A stretch of 64,000 nucleotides of DNA. Source: a bacterium. Its GTDB lineage: Bacteria > Acidobacteriota > Blastocatellia > HR10. Below, piece by piece: positions 1 to 9,068 of this stretch. The translations under genes were made by a program, and so were the position numbers. Location of the stretch: contig JBEPZV010000003.1 in the NCBI GenBank assembly GCA_041640655.1, positions 32,001 to 96,000 of the forward strand, in the 5' to 3' direction. The notes beneath the pieces were generated by a model. That model worked only from the letters and a program-made list of their open reading frames with translations. It had not been told where the DNA came from and did not search any database. Each line of letters begins with the position of its first letter. Position 1 is the stretch's first letter.

Positions 1-198
1 AGCGCATCTTCTGCGTGATGTGGGAACGAGACGTTCGCGCGTTGACCTCGCAACAGGAGGGCACTCTGAAGATGCTGGAGTGCCGGCCCTCGCTCTTCCC
101 CCTGCGGATGCGAGACATTCGGCGGTTGCGCCATCCGGACGATCTGGAGCGGGTGTGTCTGGTGACCAATCGGTAGGATGCTCCCAGCGGGAGAGGGA

Positions 199-309
199 GG
201 GACGTCGGGGAACGCCCGATTTGCCAAGGGCCTCCGGCCGAGTGTACATTACATGCGGAATTCTCCCGCGGGGAGTGCGACTTGCGGACTCCCCCGGCGG
301 AAGCAAGGA
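199..309 (+). repeat. Direct repeat copy 1 (promoter + 5' leader hairpin) upstream of mntA
   Basis: 209-263 matches 1217-1271 at 54/55 nt (offset 1008). GGGACG (199-204 / 1207-1212) and CGGAAGCAAGGA (298-309 / 1301-1312) are also shared. The segment between differs in sequence but folds as a hairpin in both copies. Confidence 0.95.
221..250 (+). promoter_or_regulatory. Putative sigma70-type promoter of mntA-hepT
   Basis: TTGCCA (221-226), 18 bp spacer, TACATT (245-250); identical copy upstream of lon. Confidence 0.6.
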
Positions 310-343
310 AACGCGAGCGCCGCTTCATTTAAGGAATGGAGCC

Positions 344-658
344 ATGGCATTGCAGATCAACGTGCCCTACGACGTCATTGCTGACTTTTGCCGCCGCTGG
401 CGTATTCGTGAGCTTTCCATTTTCGGATCCGCCCTGCGCGAGGACTTTCGCCCGGAGAGCGACGTCGATGTCCTCGTCTCCTTCGAACCTGGAGTGACGT
501 GGTCGTTTCACGAGTGGCTGGAGATGATCCGCGAGCTGGAAGCGATCTTCGGCCATAAGGTGGATCTGGTCGAGCGGCGACTGGTCGAGCAGAGCAGAAA
601 CTACATTCGCCGCAAGCACATCCTCAGCCATCTGGAGCGAGTGTATGTGGCGGGATGA
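344..658 (+). CDS. mntA: MNT (minimal nucleotidyltransferase) antitoxin, MntA family
   Basis: ATG at 344 after AAGGA/GGAG; 104 aa with FGS-x9-SDVD nucleotidyltransferase motif and KVDLV; overlaps downstream HEPN gene. Confidence 0.9.
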   Translation: MALQINVPYDVIADFCRRWRIRELSIFGSALREDFRPESDVDVLVSFEPGVTWSFHEWLEMIRELEAIFGHKVDLVERRLVEQSRNYIRRKHILSHLERVYVAG

Positions 659-986
659 GGCGTATCTGCTGGACATGCTGATCGCCGCCCGAGACGCCCA
701 AGCGTTCAGCGCAGGACTCACGTGGGAGGAATTTCGGGAGAGCTCCCTCCACCAGTACGCCATCGCCAAGGCGTTGGAGAACATCGGAGAGGCGGCTCGC
801 AAGATCTCCCCGGAGACACAAGCGGCTCATCCCGAGATCCCGTGGCGGGACATCATCGCCCTGCGGCATCGGATCGCGCACGATTACTTTCATCTCGATC
901 TGGTGAGAATCTGGGAAATCGTACAGCGGGACATTCCCGCCCTGATCCGACTGCTCGAACCGTTGGTCCCACCGGAGGACTCCTGA
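645..986 (+). CDS. hepT: HEPN/DUF86 ribonuclease toxin, HepT family
   Basis: 113 aa with [11 protein letters not shown] and the R-x4-H-x-Y motif RHRIAHDY; 14-nt overlap with mntA. Confidence 0.9.
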   Translation: MWRDEAYLLDMLIAARDAQAFSAGLTWEEFRESSLHQYAIAKALENIGEAARKISPETQAAHPEIPWRDIIALRHRIAHDYFHLDLVRIWEIVQRDIPALIRLLEPLVPPEDS

Positions 987-1206
987 GAATACACGGCCGC
1001 TCGTCCTCACCACCGGCTGCATGAGGGGATCACGCGTTTGGGCCGCCCCGGCTCCACAAGCTCGCCGAGTAGAGTCGCCGCGGAAAGAGCGCGCGGGAGT
1101 CCCCAGCTTCCTGCCACGCCCCATTAGAGAGGGCGCCTCATGCCGCACCTGCATCACTCTTCGCGATAGGACGGAGCGCGATGGCCCAATAGCTCCGATA
1201 CGCTGG

Positions 1207-1312
1207 GGGACGCGAAGGAACGCTCGATTTGCCAAGGGCCTCCGGCCGAGTGTACATTACATGCGGAATTCCCCGGAGGGAGCGGGCGTGCTCCCTCCGG
1301 CGGAAGCAAGGA
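1207..1312 (+). repeat. Direct repeat copy 2 (promoter + 5' leader hairpin) upstream of lon
   Basis: See copy 1. Perfect 11-bp stem CCGGAGGGAGC/GCTCCCTCCGG (1273-1300), followed by the lon RBS. Confidence 0.95.
1229..1258 (+). promoter_or_regulatory. Putative sigma70-type promoter of lon
   Basis: TTGCCA-18-TACATT, 63 nt upstream of the lon ATG. Confidence 0.65.
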
Positions 1313-1321
1313 GAGGAAGCG

Positions 1322-3685
1322 ATGGAACACGAAGGCGAAGTGCTGATCTTGCCGGTTCTGCCCTTGAAGAATGTCGTGCTCTTCCCGCACATGACAATGC
1401 CCCTTTCGGTAGGGCGACCGATCTCGATCGCCGCGGTCGAAGCGGCGCTCTCCAGCGAGGAGAAGCTCATGGTCGTGGTCGCCCAGCGCGATCCGAATAT
1501 CGAAGAGCCCAAACCGGAAGATCTCTTCACCATCGGGACGAAGGCGGCCATTCGGCGCATGACGCGCGCGCAGGATGGGACGCTGCAAGTGCTCATGCAA
1601 GGTCTGGAGCGGGTGGTCATCCTGCGGATGGAGCAGACGGCGCCCTATATGCGGGCTCGCGTCAGCCCGCTCCCCATCCTCGAGGAGAACGCCGTCGAGG
1701 TCGAGGCCCTGCATCGCGCCATTCTGGATCAAGTCTCCAAGGCGCTGAGCCTGCTCCCGCAGGTCCCCGAAGAGCTGCATGCGGCGTTCGCTCAAACGGA
1801 CGATCCCGTGCGCTTGGCCTACCTGCTGGCCACGATCCTGAATTTGGATCTGCCGGCGCTGCAATCGCTGCTGGAGGCGCGCACGAAGGATGACCTGCTG
1901 CGCCTGCTCTTCAGACATCTCACGCACGAGGTCCAGGTCCTGGAGCTGCGCCACAAGATCGCCAGCCAGGCGCAGCAGGAGATGACGCGCGAGCAGCGCG
2001 AGTATTTCCTCCGGCAGCAACTGCGCGCCATCCAGCGCGAATTGGGGGAGATTGATCCGCACCAGGCCGAGGTGAATCTCCTGCGCGAGCGCCTGGAGCA
2101 GGCCGAGCTACCCGAATTCGTGCGGAAGGAAGCCGAGCGGGAGTTGAATCGGCTGGAGAAGCTGCCGAGCATGGCTCCGGATTATCACGTCATCCGCACG
2201 TATCTGGAGCTGGTGCTGGAGCTGCCGTGGAATCGGCAGACGGAGGACAATCTGGATCTGGCGAATGTCCGCCGCGTCCTGGACGAGGATCACTATGGAC
2301 TGGAGGATGTCAAGCACCGCATCCTCGAACATCTGGCCGTTTTGAAGCTGAACCCCGAAGCGAAGGCGCCTATTCTGTGCTTCGTCGGCCCGCCGGGCGT
2401 GGGGAAGACGAGCCTCGGGCAATCCATCGCGCGCGCGCTCGGACGGAAGTTCGAGCGCTTGAGCCTGGGCGGATTACATGATGAGGCTGAGCTGCGCGGC
2501 CACCGACGCACCTATATCGGCGCTATGCCCGGACGCATCATTCAAGCGATCCGGCGCGCGGGGGTCAAGAATCCGCTCCTCATGCTCGATGAGGTGGATA
2601 AAATCGGGCGCGATTTCCGCGGCGATCCGGCGGCCGCGCTCCTGGAGATCCTGGACCCGGAGCAAAATCACACGTTCCGCGATAACTATCTCGATCTGCC
2701 CTTCGATCTGTCCAAGGTCTTCTTCATCACGACGGCGAACACGCTGGACACGATCCCCCGCCCGCTTCTGGATCGGATGGAGGTGCTGCGCCTGCCCGGC
2801 TATAGCGAGGAGGAGAAGGTGGAGATCGCTCGGCGTCATCTCGTTCCGAAGAAGCTCAAAGAGACGGGGATCACCGCCGAACAACTCCAGCTCCCGGACG
2901 AGACGCTGCGATACATCATCGCGCGCTACACGCGCGAGGCGGGCGTGCGCCAGCTCGAACGCGCCATCGCGCAGATCGCGCGCAAGATCGCCCTGCGCAT
3001 CGCCGAAGGCCACACCGAGAGCATCACCGTCAAGCCCGCCGACTTACCGGACTTGCTCGGCCCCGAACGCTTCTTCCCCGAAGAAGCGCGCAAGGAATTG
3101 CCCGTCGGCGTGGCCACGGGCGTGGCCTGGACCGAGACCGGAGGAGAAGTCCTCTACATCGAGGCGGCGCTTCTGCCCGGAGGAAAAGGATTGACGCTCA
3201 CGGGACAGCTGGGCGAAATCATGCAAGAATCGGCGAAAGCGGCCGAGAGCTATATCTGGTCACATGCCGAAGCCTTCGGCATCAACCGGGACGTCTTTGA
3301 GAAGAACGGCGTGCACATTCATGTCCCAGCCGGAGCGATCCCGAAAGATGGCCCTTCGGCCGGCATCGCTATGGTCACGGCCTTGGCCTCGCTCTATACG
3401 GGCATCCCCGTGCGCAACGACGTGGCGATGACGGGGGAGATCACGCTCTCGGGATTGATCCTGCCCGTCGGCGGCATCAAAGAGAAAGTCCTCGCCGCGC
3501 GCCGCGCTGGGATCCGCCGCATCATCCTCCCCCGACCGAATGAGAAAGACCTCCGCGAACTCCCCGAGCATGTTCGGGACGAGATGGAATTCATCTTCGT
3601 CGAGCGGATCGAAGACGCCATCAGCGTCGCCATCCCCGAACTGGCCGAACGCCTGGAACGCCTCAAACACGTGCCCGCCGGATGA
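1322..3685 (+). CDS. lon: ATP-dependent Lon protease (endopeptidase La)
   Basis: ATG 1322 after GGAGAGG. Lon N-domain (LPVLPLKNVVLFP), Walker A GPPGVGKTS, Walker B MLDEVDK, catalytic PKDGPSAG and GGIKEK. Confidence 0.97.
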   Translation: MEHEGEVLILPVLPLKNVVLFPHMTMPLSVGRPISIAAVEAALSSEEKLMVVVAQRDPNIEEPKPEDLFTIGTKAAIRRMTRAQDGTLQVLMQGLERVVILRMEQTAPYMRARVSPLPILEENAVEVEALHRAILDQVSKALSLLPQVPEELHAAFAQTDDPVRLAYLLATILNLDLPALQSLLEARTKDDLLRLLFRHLTHEVQVLELRHKIASQAQQEMTREQREYFLRQQLRAIQRELGEIDPHQAEVNLLRERLEQAELPEFVRKEAERELNRLEKLPSMAPDYHVIRTYLELVLELPWNRQTEDNLDLANVRRVLDEDHYGLEDVKHRILEHLAVLKLNPEAKAPILCFVGPPGVGKTSLGQSIARALGRKFERLSLGGLHDEAELRGHRRTYIGAMPGRIIQAIRRAGVKNPLLMLDEVDKIGRDFRGDPAAALLEILDPEQNHTFRDNYLDLPFDLSKVFFITTANTLDTIPRPLLDRMEVLRLPGYSEEEKVEIARRHLVPKKLKETGITAEQLQLPDETLRYIIARYTREAGVRQLERAIAQIARKIALRIAEGHTESITVKPADLPDLLGPERFFPEEARKELPVGVATGVAWTETGGEVLYIEAALLPGGKGLTLTGQLGEIMQESAKAAESYIWSHAEAFGINRDVFEKNGVHIHVPAGAIPKDGPSAGIAMVTALASLYTGIPVRNDVAMTGEITLSGLILPVGGIKEKVLAARRAGIRRIILPRPNEKDLRELPEHVRDEMEFIFVERIEDAISVAIPELAERLERLKHVPAG

Positions 3686-3692
3686 AGAGAGA

Positions 3693-3727
3693 AATCCCCG
3701 CGTGGGATTCTCTTCCACGGGGGGATT
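3693..3727. terminator. Hairpin between convergent lon and S8 protease genes (possible bidirectional terminator)
   Basis: AATCCCC-G-CGTGGGA / TTCCACG-G-GGGGATT stem immediately after the lon stop; U-tracts are weak. Confidence 0.5.
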
Positions 3728-3754
3728 CGTGGGATGCGCCCGCAAAGATGGGGG

Positions 3755-5884
3755 TCACCGCTTCTGGAGGATGACGAGGTTCGAGTCGTATGTCCTCCCG
3801 TCATCCGTCTGCGCGCGAACGAGGACGCGATAGTCTCGGGATCCCGCCGGTGCCCTCGCGAGCCTCACGACCACGCGATGCGTGAGCATGAGGAAGCGAT
3901 ATGGGGAGATGGTCGCCGTCAGATCATGCGGCGCGTCCAGTGGAACGAATTGAAGGGCGATGTCCCCTCGATAGGTCGGATGCTTGCGGAGGGCGAGATA
4001 GAACGTCGCTTGTGCATTGCGGAAGCGCACGGATGTCGGAGAAGCGGTGATGGAGACCTTGGGAGGAGCCGTGACCCACACTTCCACGGCGGCCGTCGCC
4101 TCACCCCCGCGCCCATCACTGGCGCGCACGCGCACGATCACGCGCACGGGATCGGCATCCGGAACGGGATTCAAACCGGTCGTATCGAGTTGCGCTGCTG
4201 CCCCGGAGCTTGTGATCTTTCCGGCGGAAGCCGTCCAGGTATACGTCAACGGATCCCCATCGGGATCGCCGCCGCGAGCTGTGAGGAAGACGATGGCGCC
4301 GTCCTGAACGCTCGTCCGATCCGCTTCAACAGTGGCCTGAGGAGGGCGATTCGGTGGACGAACGGTGATGCCACGGCTGGCCGAGGCCGAATGGCCGCGT
4401 CCATCGTCCACGGTGACGGTGACGACGACCACAACGGGAGAGGCCCCGGACGTGGGATTGATGCCCGTTGTATCCAGCGTGGCTTCGGTGATCCCGGCGC
4501 GAAGCGTCCCGGCTGTAGTCTCCCACCGATAGGTGAGCGGATCCCCATCAGGATCGCTCCCGTTGGCCGTGAAGGTGACCGTCTCCCCATCGTCCACCAC
4601 GAGACGGCTGGCTGAGAGGGAGACCATGGGCGGGCAGTCTTTCTCACACACCTTGGCGGGATCGTCGGCATCGAGGGCTCCCAACGTCCCCAGCGCATCC
4701 ACGATGCCCCCGGTTGCGACCTTTCCCGCGAGGGTGGGTTGTGGCTGAACCCCCTGACGCAGTGCGTGCTCGAGCTCGCTCGGCGAAACGTCCCGCACCG
4801 AGAGCGCTAAGGCCGCCACGCCCACCACATGTGGCGTCGCCATTGAGGTCCCACTGAAGCTCGCATAGCCACCACCAGGAACGGTGCTCAGGATCGCCCG
4901 ACCGGGAGCCGCCAGGTCCACCCAATCACCGTAGTTCGAGAAGTACGCGAGGTCTCCGCTTTGATCCACGGCGGCGACCGAGAGCACGCCCTCATAGGCA
5001 GCGGGATACTGCTTCGCGTTCGTACTTCCGTTTCCGGCCGCGGCGACGAAGAGAATCCCTTCATTCTGAAGCCGCTGGATCGCCTCCTCCAGGGCGCGCG
5101 AATAGGTATCCGCGCCCCAACTGGCGTTCACGATGCGGATGTTCACCCCGCGTCGCTTCATAGTGAGGATGTAGTCAATCGCCTCAAGCGCATCCGAGAG
5201 ATACCCAGAGCCGTCCCGATCAAGGAACTTCAGCGCCATGATCTTCACCCGCCAATTCACGCCGACGATCCCGATCTGATTATCCCCGACAGCGCCGATC
5301 GTCCCCGCCACGTGCGTGCCATGCCGATGATCGTCCATCGGTGGGCGCAGGGGCGCGATCGCGTTGTAGCCGTAGACGTCGTCCACGTAGCCGTTGCCGT
5401 CATCGTCGCGCAGATTGTCGGGGATCTCTCCCGCGTTCACCCAGATGTTGCTCTGCAGATCGGGATGCGTGTAGTCAATGCCGGTATCAATCACGGCGAC
5501 GACGATTTCAGAGCTGCCGCTGGTCACCCTCCAGGCTTCCGGCGCACGAATCATCTCCAAGCCCCAGAGGTTGGCGAAGCTCGGATCATTCGGGATCACT
5601 CGATCGGCGACGTAGAGCAGATCGGGCTCTGCGTATTCGATGTCGTCCTCGTACTGCAAGGCGCTCAATCGAGTGAGCACGTCTTCGCCTTTCCGCAAGG
5701 TGACGACCTGCGGGCGCGCCCCACCTCGCCGCTTGATGATCAACCGCTGAGGATGATACCGGGCGGTCAGAAAGCGCCAGAGATCGAACGGAGAAGAGCG
5801 CTGCCCGGCGGTGAGGCGAAGGGGGAATCCCCCCAGGATCAGAAGTGCGACGATCCAGCCGATGATCAATCTTCTCATCCTCAT
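3755..5884 (-). CDS. Secreted S8 (subtilisin-family) serine protease with tandem PKD/Ig-like repeats
   Basis: ATG 5884 after GGGGAG; signal peptide; catalytic triad motifs VIDTGID, HGTHVAG, GTSMATPHV; two ~95-aa repeats containing DPDGDPLTYxW. Confidence 0.92.
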   Translation of the reverse strand: MRMRRLIIGWIVALLILGGFPLRLTAGQRSSPFDLWRFLTARYHPQRLIIKRRGGARPQVVTLRKGEDVLTRLSALQYEDDIEYAEPDLLYVADRVIPNDPSFANLWGLEMIRAPEAWRVTSGSSEIVVAVIDTGIDYTHPDLQSNIWVNAGEIPDNLRDDDGNGYVDDVYGYNAIAPLRPPMDDHRHGTHVAGTIGAVGDNQIGIVGVNWRVKIMALKFLDRDGSGYLSDALEAIDYILTMKRRGVNIRIVNASWGADTYSRALEEAIQRLQNEGILFVAAAGNGSTNAKQYPAAYEGVLSVAAVDQSGDLAYFSNYGDWVDLAAPGRAILSTVPGGGYASFSGTSMATPHVVGVAALALSVRDVSPSELEHALRQGVQPQPTLAGKVATGGIVDALGTLGALDADDPAKVCEKDCPPMVSLSASRLVVDDGETVTFTANGSDPDGDPLTYRWETTAGTLRAGITEATLDTTGINPTSGASPVVVVVTVTVDDGRGHSASASRGITVRPPNRPPQATVEADRTSVQDGAIVFLTARGGDPDGDPLTYTWTASAGKITSSGAAAQLDTTGLNPVPDADPVRVIVRVRASDGRGGEATAAVEVWVTAPPKVSITASPTSVRFRNAQATFYLALRKHPTYRGDIALQFVPLDAPHDLTATISPYRFLMLTHRVVVRLARAPAGSRDYRVLVRAQTDDGRTYDSNLVILQKR

Positions 5885-6029
5885 TCGGCGTTCTCCCCGA
5901 AACCAAAGCTCGCGTTCACGTGCCGCTTCTGTGACGCGCCGGGGATGACCGACCGTTGGCCAAGAGTTCTCGCGCGACGGACGGTCCATCGGTGAGGGAA
6001 TGGCGCGGCTTCGAGGAGAGACCCGCGAT

Positions 6030-8873
6030 CTATGAGGCCGAAGGCGTGGGGCGCGCGCCGAAGAGGATCGGGGCGAGCGCCTGTCCCGTGTAGGAGCCGG
6101 GCGTGCGCGCGATCACCTCCGGAGGCCCTTCGGCGACGACCCATCCCCCCTCCTCTCCGCCCTCGGGGCCGAGGTCAATGATCCAGTCGGCGCATTTGAT
6201 CACTTCCAGATTGTGCTCGATGACGATCACCGTATTGCCCATGTGAACGAGCCGTTGCAGGACTTCGAGCAAGCGCCGCACGTCCTCGAAATGCAGGCCT
6301 GTTGTCGGCTCATCGAGGATGTAGACCGTTCGTCCGGTCGCCCGCTTGCTCAATTCGCGGGCGAGCTTGATGCGCTGCGCCTCGCCGCCGGAGAGGGTCG
6401 TCGCCGGCTGGCCGAGTTCGATATATCCGAGGCCGACTTCGAGCAAGGTCTGCAGTTTGTTCCGAATCGGCGGGATGGTCTCCAACAGAGCGTACGCTTC
6501 CTCCACCGTCATGCGGAGAATATCGGCGATCGAATACCCCTTGTAGCGTACGCTCAACGTCTCCTGGTTATATCGCGCGCCGCGACAGACGTCGCAGGTC
6601 ACGTACACATCGGGAAGAAAGCTCATCTCGATGCGTTTGACCCCATCCCCCTGACAGGCTTCGCACCGCCCGCCCTTGACGTTGAAGCTGAACCGTCCGG
6701 GCTTATAGCCGCGCTCGCGCGCCTCAGGCAATCCGGCGAAGAGCTGGCGAATGAAGGTGAAGACGCCCACGTACGTGGCCGGATTCGAGCGTGGCGTTCG
6801 CCCGATGGGCGATTGATCAATCTCGATCACCTTGTCCACGTGCTCGAGTCCCGTGATTCGATCATGCGGGCCCGGCTCCAGCGGGCTCCCGTAAAGATGA
6901 CGCGCGAGCGCGCGATAGAGGATCTCGTCCACGAGCGTGGACTTGCCCGATCCGGAGACGCCCGTGACGCAGATGAACAGCCCCAAGGGGAATGAGACGG
7001 TGATGTTCTTGAGATTATTGGCGCGCGCGCCATGAACGGTGAGGGTGCGGTCGCCCGGCGCACGGCGCATCGGGGGAATGGGGATCTGCCGGCGTCCGGA
7101 GAGATACTGCCCCGTGAGCGAATCCGGATGCCGCGCGATGACCTCCGGCGGACCGCAGGCGACCACATACCCCCCGTGCACGCCGGCGCCCGGACCGAGA
7201 TCAATCACATAATCGGCGTGCCGGATCGTCGCCTCGTCATGCTCGACGACGACGACCGTATTCCCCAGATCGCGCAGCTTCTCCAACGTGGCGAGCAAGC
7301 GCGCGTTATCGCGAGGGTGAAGACCGATCGAGGGCTCATCGAGCACATAGAGCACGCCGCGCAATTGCGATCCGATCTGCGTCGCCAGGCGAATGCGCTG
7401 CGCTTCGCCTCCCGAGAGCGTGGAGGCCGGACGATCCAGCGTCAGATACCCCACGCCCACCGTCTCCAGGAACTCCAACCGCGCGCAGATCTCTCGCAGC
7501 AGGGGCTCAGCGATCTGCCGTTCGCGAGGCGTCAACGCTTCGGGGAGATCGCGGAAGACCCGAACCGCCTCCCGAATGGGAAGCGCCGCGTAATCGGCGA
7601 TCGAGCGCCCCGCGACGCGCACGGCCAGGCTCGCTCGCTGCAATCGCTTCCCCTGACAAGCGGGACACGGCACCGTCCGGACGAGCGCGCGATAGAGCGC
7701 GGCCTTCTCATCCTCGCCATCCTCCGACTCGTGCTCCAAGTGACGCTCAAGCAGGGCGACCGCGCCCGGCCACTGCAACCGATACTGAGAGCCATTATGC
7801 TCGAAGGGGATCCGCTCCTTCAGGCCGTAGAAGAAGGCCTCTTTCACGCGGGCGGGCAGCTCAAGAAACGGACACGTCGGCGCGACGCGATAATGGCGGG
7901 CGATGGCCAGGAGCACGTCCTTCAGATACCCCCCCAGGGCTCGATCGAACGTGAGCATCTGGAGCCGATCCAGCGGCTGCGTCGGATCGGGGACCATCCG
8001 TTCCGGGGCGATCTCGCTCTTGGTCCCCAAGCCCTGGCACTCGGGGCATGCCCCATAGGGACTGTTGAAGGAGAACGAGCGCGGCTCCAGAGCAGGGACC
8101 GACAGTCCGCACTCGATGCACGCCATCTTCTCCGAATAGAATTGCTCCGGGCCGTCCACCACGGCGATGAGCACAATCCCGTTGGTGAGCTTGAGCGCCG
8201 TGCGAATCGAGCGCTCCAGGCGCTCCTGAACGCCCGGCTTCAAGAGCAGCCGATCCACGACGACCTCGATCGTGTGAGTCTTTCGCCTGTCGAGCGTGAT
8301 CTCCTCATCGAGGGCGCGCAGCTCGCCATCAATACGCGCGCGCACGAAGCCCGACTGAGCCAGTTTCTGCAGCTCTTTTCGAAACTCCCCTTTGCGCCCG
8401 CGCACGATCGGAGCCAAGATCATCACCCGCTCGCCCGGCGGGAGATCCAGGACGGCCTTGACGATCTGCTCGACCGATTGCCGACTGATGGGGCGCCCGC
8501 ACTCGGGACAATGCGGCTTGCCGATCGCCGAGAAGAGCACGCGCAAGTAGTCGTAGATCTCGGTGACCGTCCCCACGGTCGAGCGCGGGCTGCGACTGAC
8601 GGTCTTCTGCTCGATGGAGAGGGCGGGCGAGAGCCCCTCGATGGAGTCCACGTCCGGCTTCTCGAACTGATCGAGGAACTGCCGAGCGTAGACCGAGAGC
8701 GATTCGACGTACCGTCGCTGGCCCTCGGCATAGAGGGTGTCGAAGGCGAGGCTCGACTTGCCCGATCCGCTGAGCCCTGTGATGACCGTGAGCGAGCGAT
8801 GCGGGATCTCCAGATCGAGATTCTTCAGGTTGTGCTGTCGAGCGCCGCGAACGGTGATCCGATCAATCGGCAT
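6030..8873 (-). CDS. uvrA: Excinuclease ABC subunit A
   Basis: [18 protein letters not shown], two ABC modules with LSGGEAQR, CxxC zinc fingers. ATG 8873; GTG 8876 is an alternative start. Confidence 0.97.
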   Translation of the reverse strand: MPIDRITVRGARQHNLKNLDLEIPHRSLTVITGLSGSGKSSLAFDTLYAEGQRRYVESLSVYARQFLDQFEKPDVDSIEGLSPALSIEQKTVSRSPRSTVGTVTEIYDYLRVLFSAIGKPHCPECGRPISRQSVEQIVKAVLDLPPGERVMILAPIVRGRKGEFRKELQKLAQSGFVRARIDGELRALDEEITLDRRKTHTIEVVVDRLLLKPGVQERLERSIRTALKLTNGIVLIAVVDGPEQFYSEKMACIECGLSVPALEPRSFSFNSPYGACPECQGLGTKSEIAPERMVPDPTQPLDRLQMLTFDRALGGYLKDVLLAIARHYRVAPTCPFLELPARVKEAFFYGLKERIPFEHNGSQYRLQWPGAVALLERHLEHESEDGEDEKAALYRALVRTVPCPACQGKRLQRASLAVRVAGRSIADYAALPIREAVRVFRDLPEALTPRERQIAEPLLREICARLEFLETVGVGYLTLDRPASTLSGGEAQRIRLATQIGSQLRGVLYVLDEPSIGLHPRDNARLLATLEKLRDLGNTVVVVEHDEATIRHADYVIDLGPGAGVHGGYVVACGPPEVIARHPDSLTGQYLSGRRQIPIPPMRRAPGDRTLTVHGARANNLKNITVSFPLGLFICVTGVSGSGKSTLVDEILYRALARHLYGSPLEPGPHDRITGLEHVDKVIEIDQSPIGRTPRSNPATYVGVFTFIRQLFAGLPEARERGYKPGRFSFNVKGGRCEACQGDGVKRIEMSFLPDVYVTCDVCRGARYNQETLSVRYKGYSIADILRMTVEEAYALLETIPPIRNKLQTLLEVGLGYIELGQPATTLSGGEAQRIKLARELSKRATGRTVYILDEPTTGLHFEDVRRLLEVLQRLVHMGNTVIVIEHNLEVIKCADWIIDLGPEGGEEGGWVVAEGPPEVIARTPGSYTGQALAPILFGARPTPSAS

Positions 8874-8932
8874 CACGCGTCTCCCGCCTCGGGTCTCTCA
8901 GAAGCGCTCCGTCCTCGTGATCCAAAAAGGGA

Positions 8933-8962
8933 ATGTTACTGATCGCGCTCAGATGATGTCAA
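8933..8962 (-). promoter_or_regulatory. Putative uvrA promoter
   Basis: Minus strand TTGACA-18-TAACAT. Confidence 0.55.
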
Positions 8963-8990
8963 GAAATGCGCCAGAGGCGGAGAGCGCCGT

Positions 8991-9019
8991 TTCCCGCCAC
9001 CTGTCCCCTCTGCTACAAT
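8991..9019 (+). promoter_or_regulatory. Putative promoter of the efflux operon
   Basis: Extended -10 TGcTACAAT (9011-9019) with a weak -35 TTCCCG 17 bp upstream. Confidence 0.45.
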
Positions 9020-9068
9020 GGCGCTCCTTATGGGGCCCCGCGTCGGGCCTGGGAGGGGAGTCACGGCG

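Noticed and set aside
3..176. Open frame running in from the window edge ([10 protein letters not shown]...LVTNR*)
   Set aside because: It could be the 3' end of an upstream gene, but there is no recognisable motif and the start is outside the window.
20..343. ORF-track N-terminal extensions of mntA (from 20) and lon (from 1229)
   Set aside because: They run through the duplicated promoter/leader; the SD-preceded ATGs at 344 and 1322 match the family N-termini.
1016..1146. 10/11-bp inverted repeat GCTGCATGAGG / CCTCATGCCGC between hepT and lon (possible MITE)
   Set aside because: Too short to exceed chance in GC-rich DNA; no target-site duplication or second copy seen.
199..1312. Direct repeats read as a CRISPR array, IS ends or att sites
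   Set aside because: Only two copies, ~1 kb apart, with promoter architecture; no cas, transposase or integrase gene in the window.
8877..8965. LexA/SOS box upstream of uvrA
   Set aside because: No match to LexA motifs I know (CTGT-N8-ACAG, GAAC-N4-GTTC, GTTC-N7-GTTC); the CTGA-N6-TCAG dyad is too short to call.
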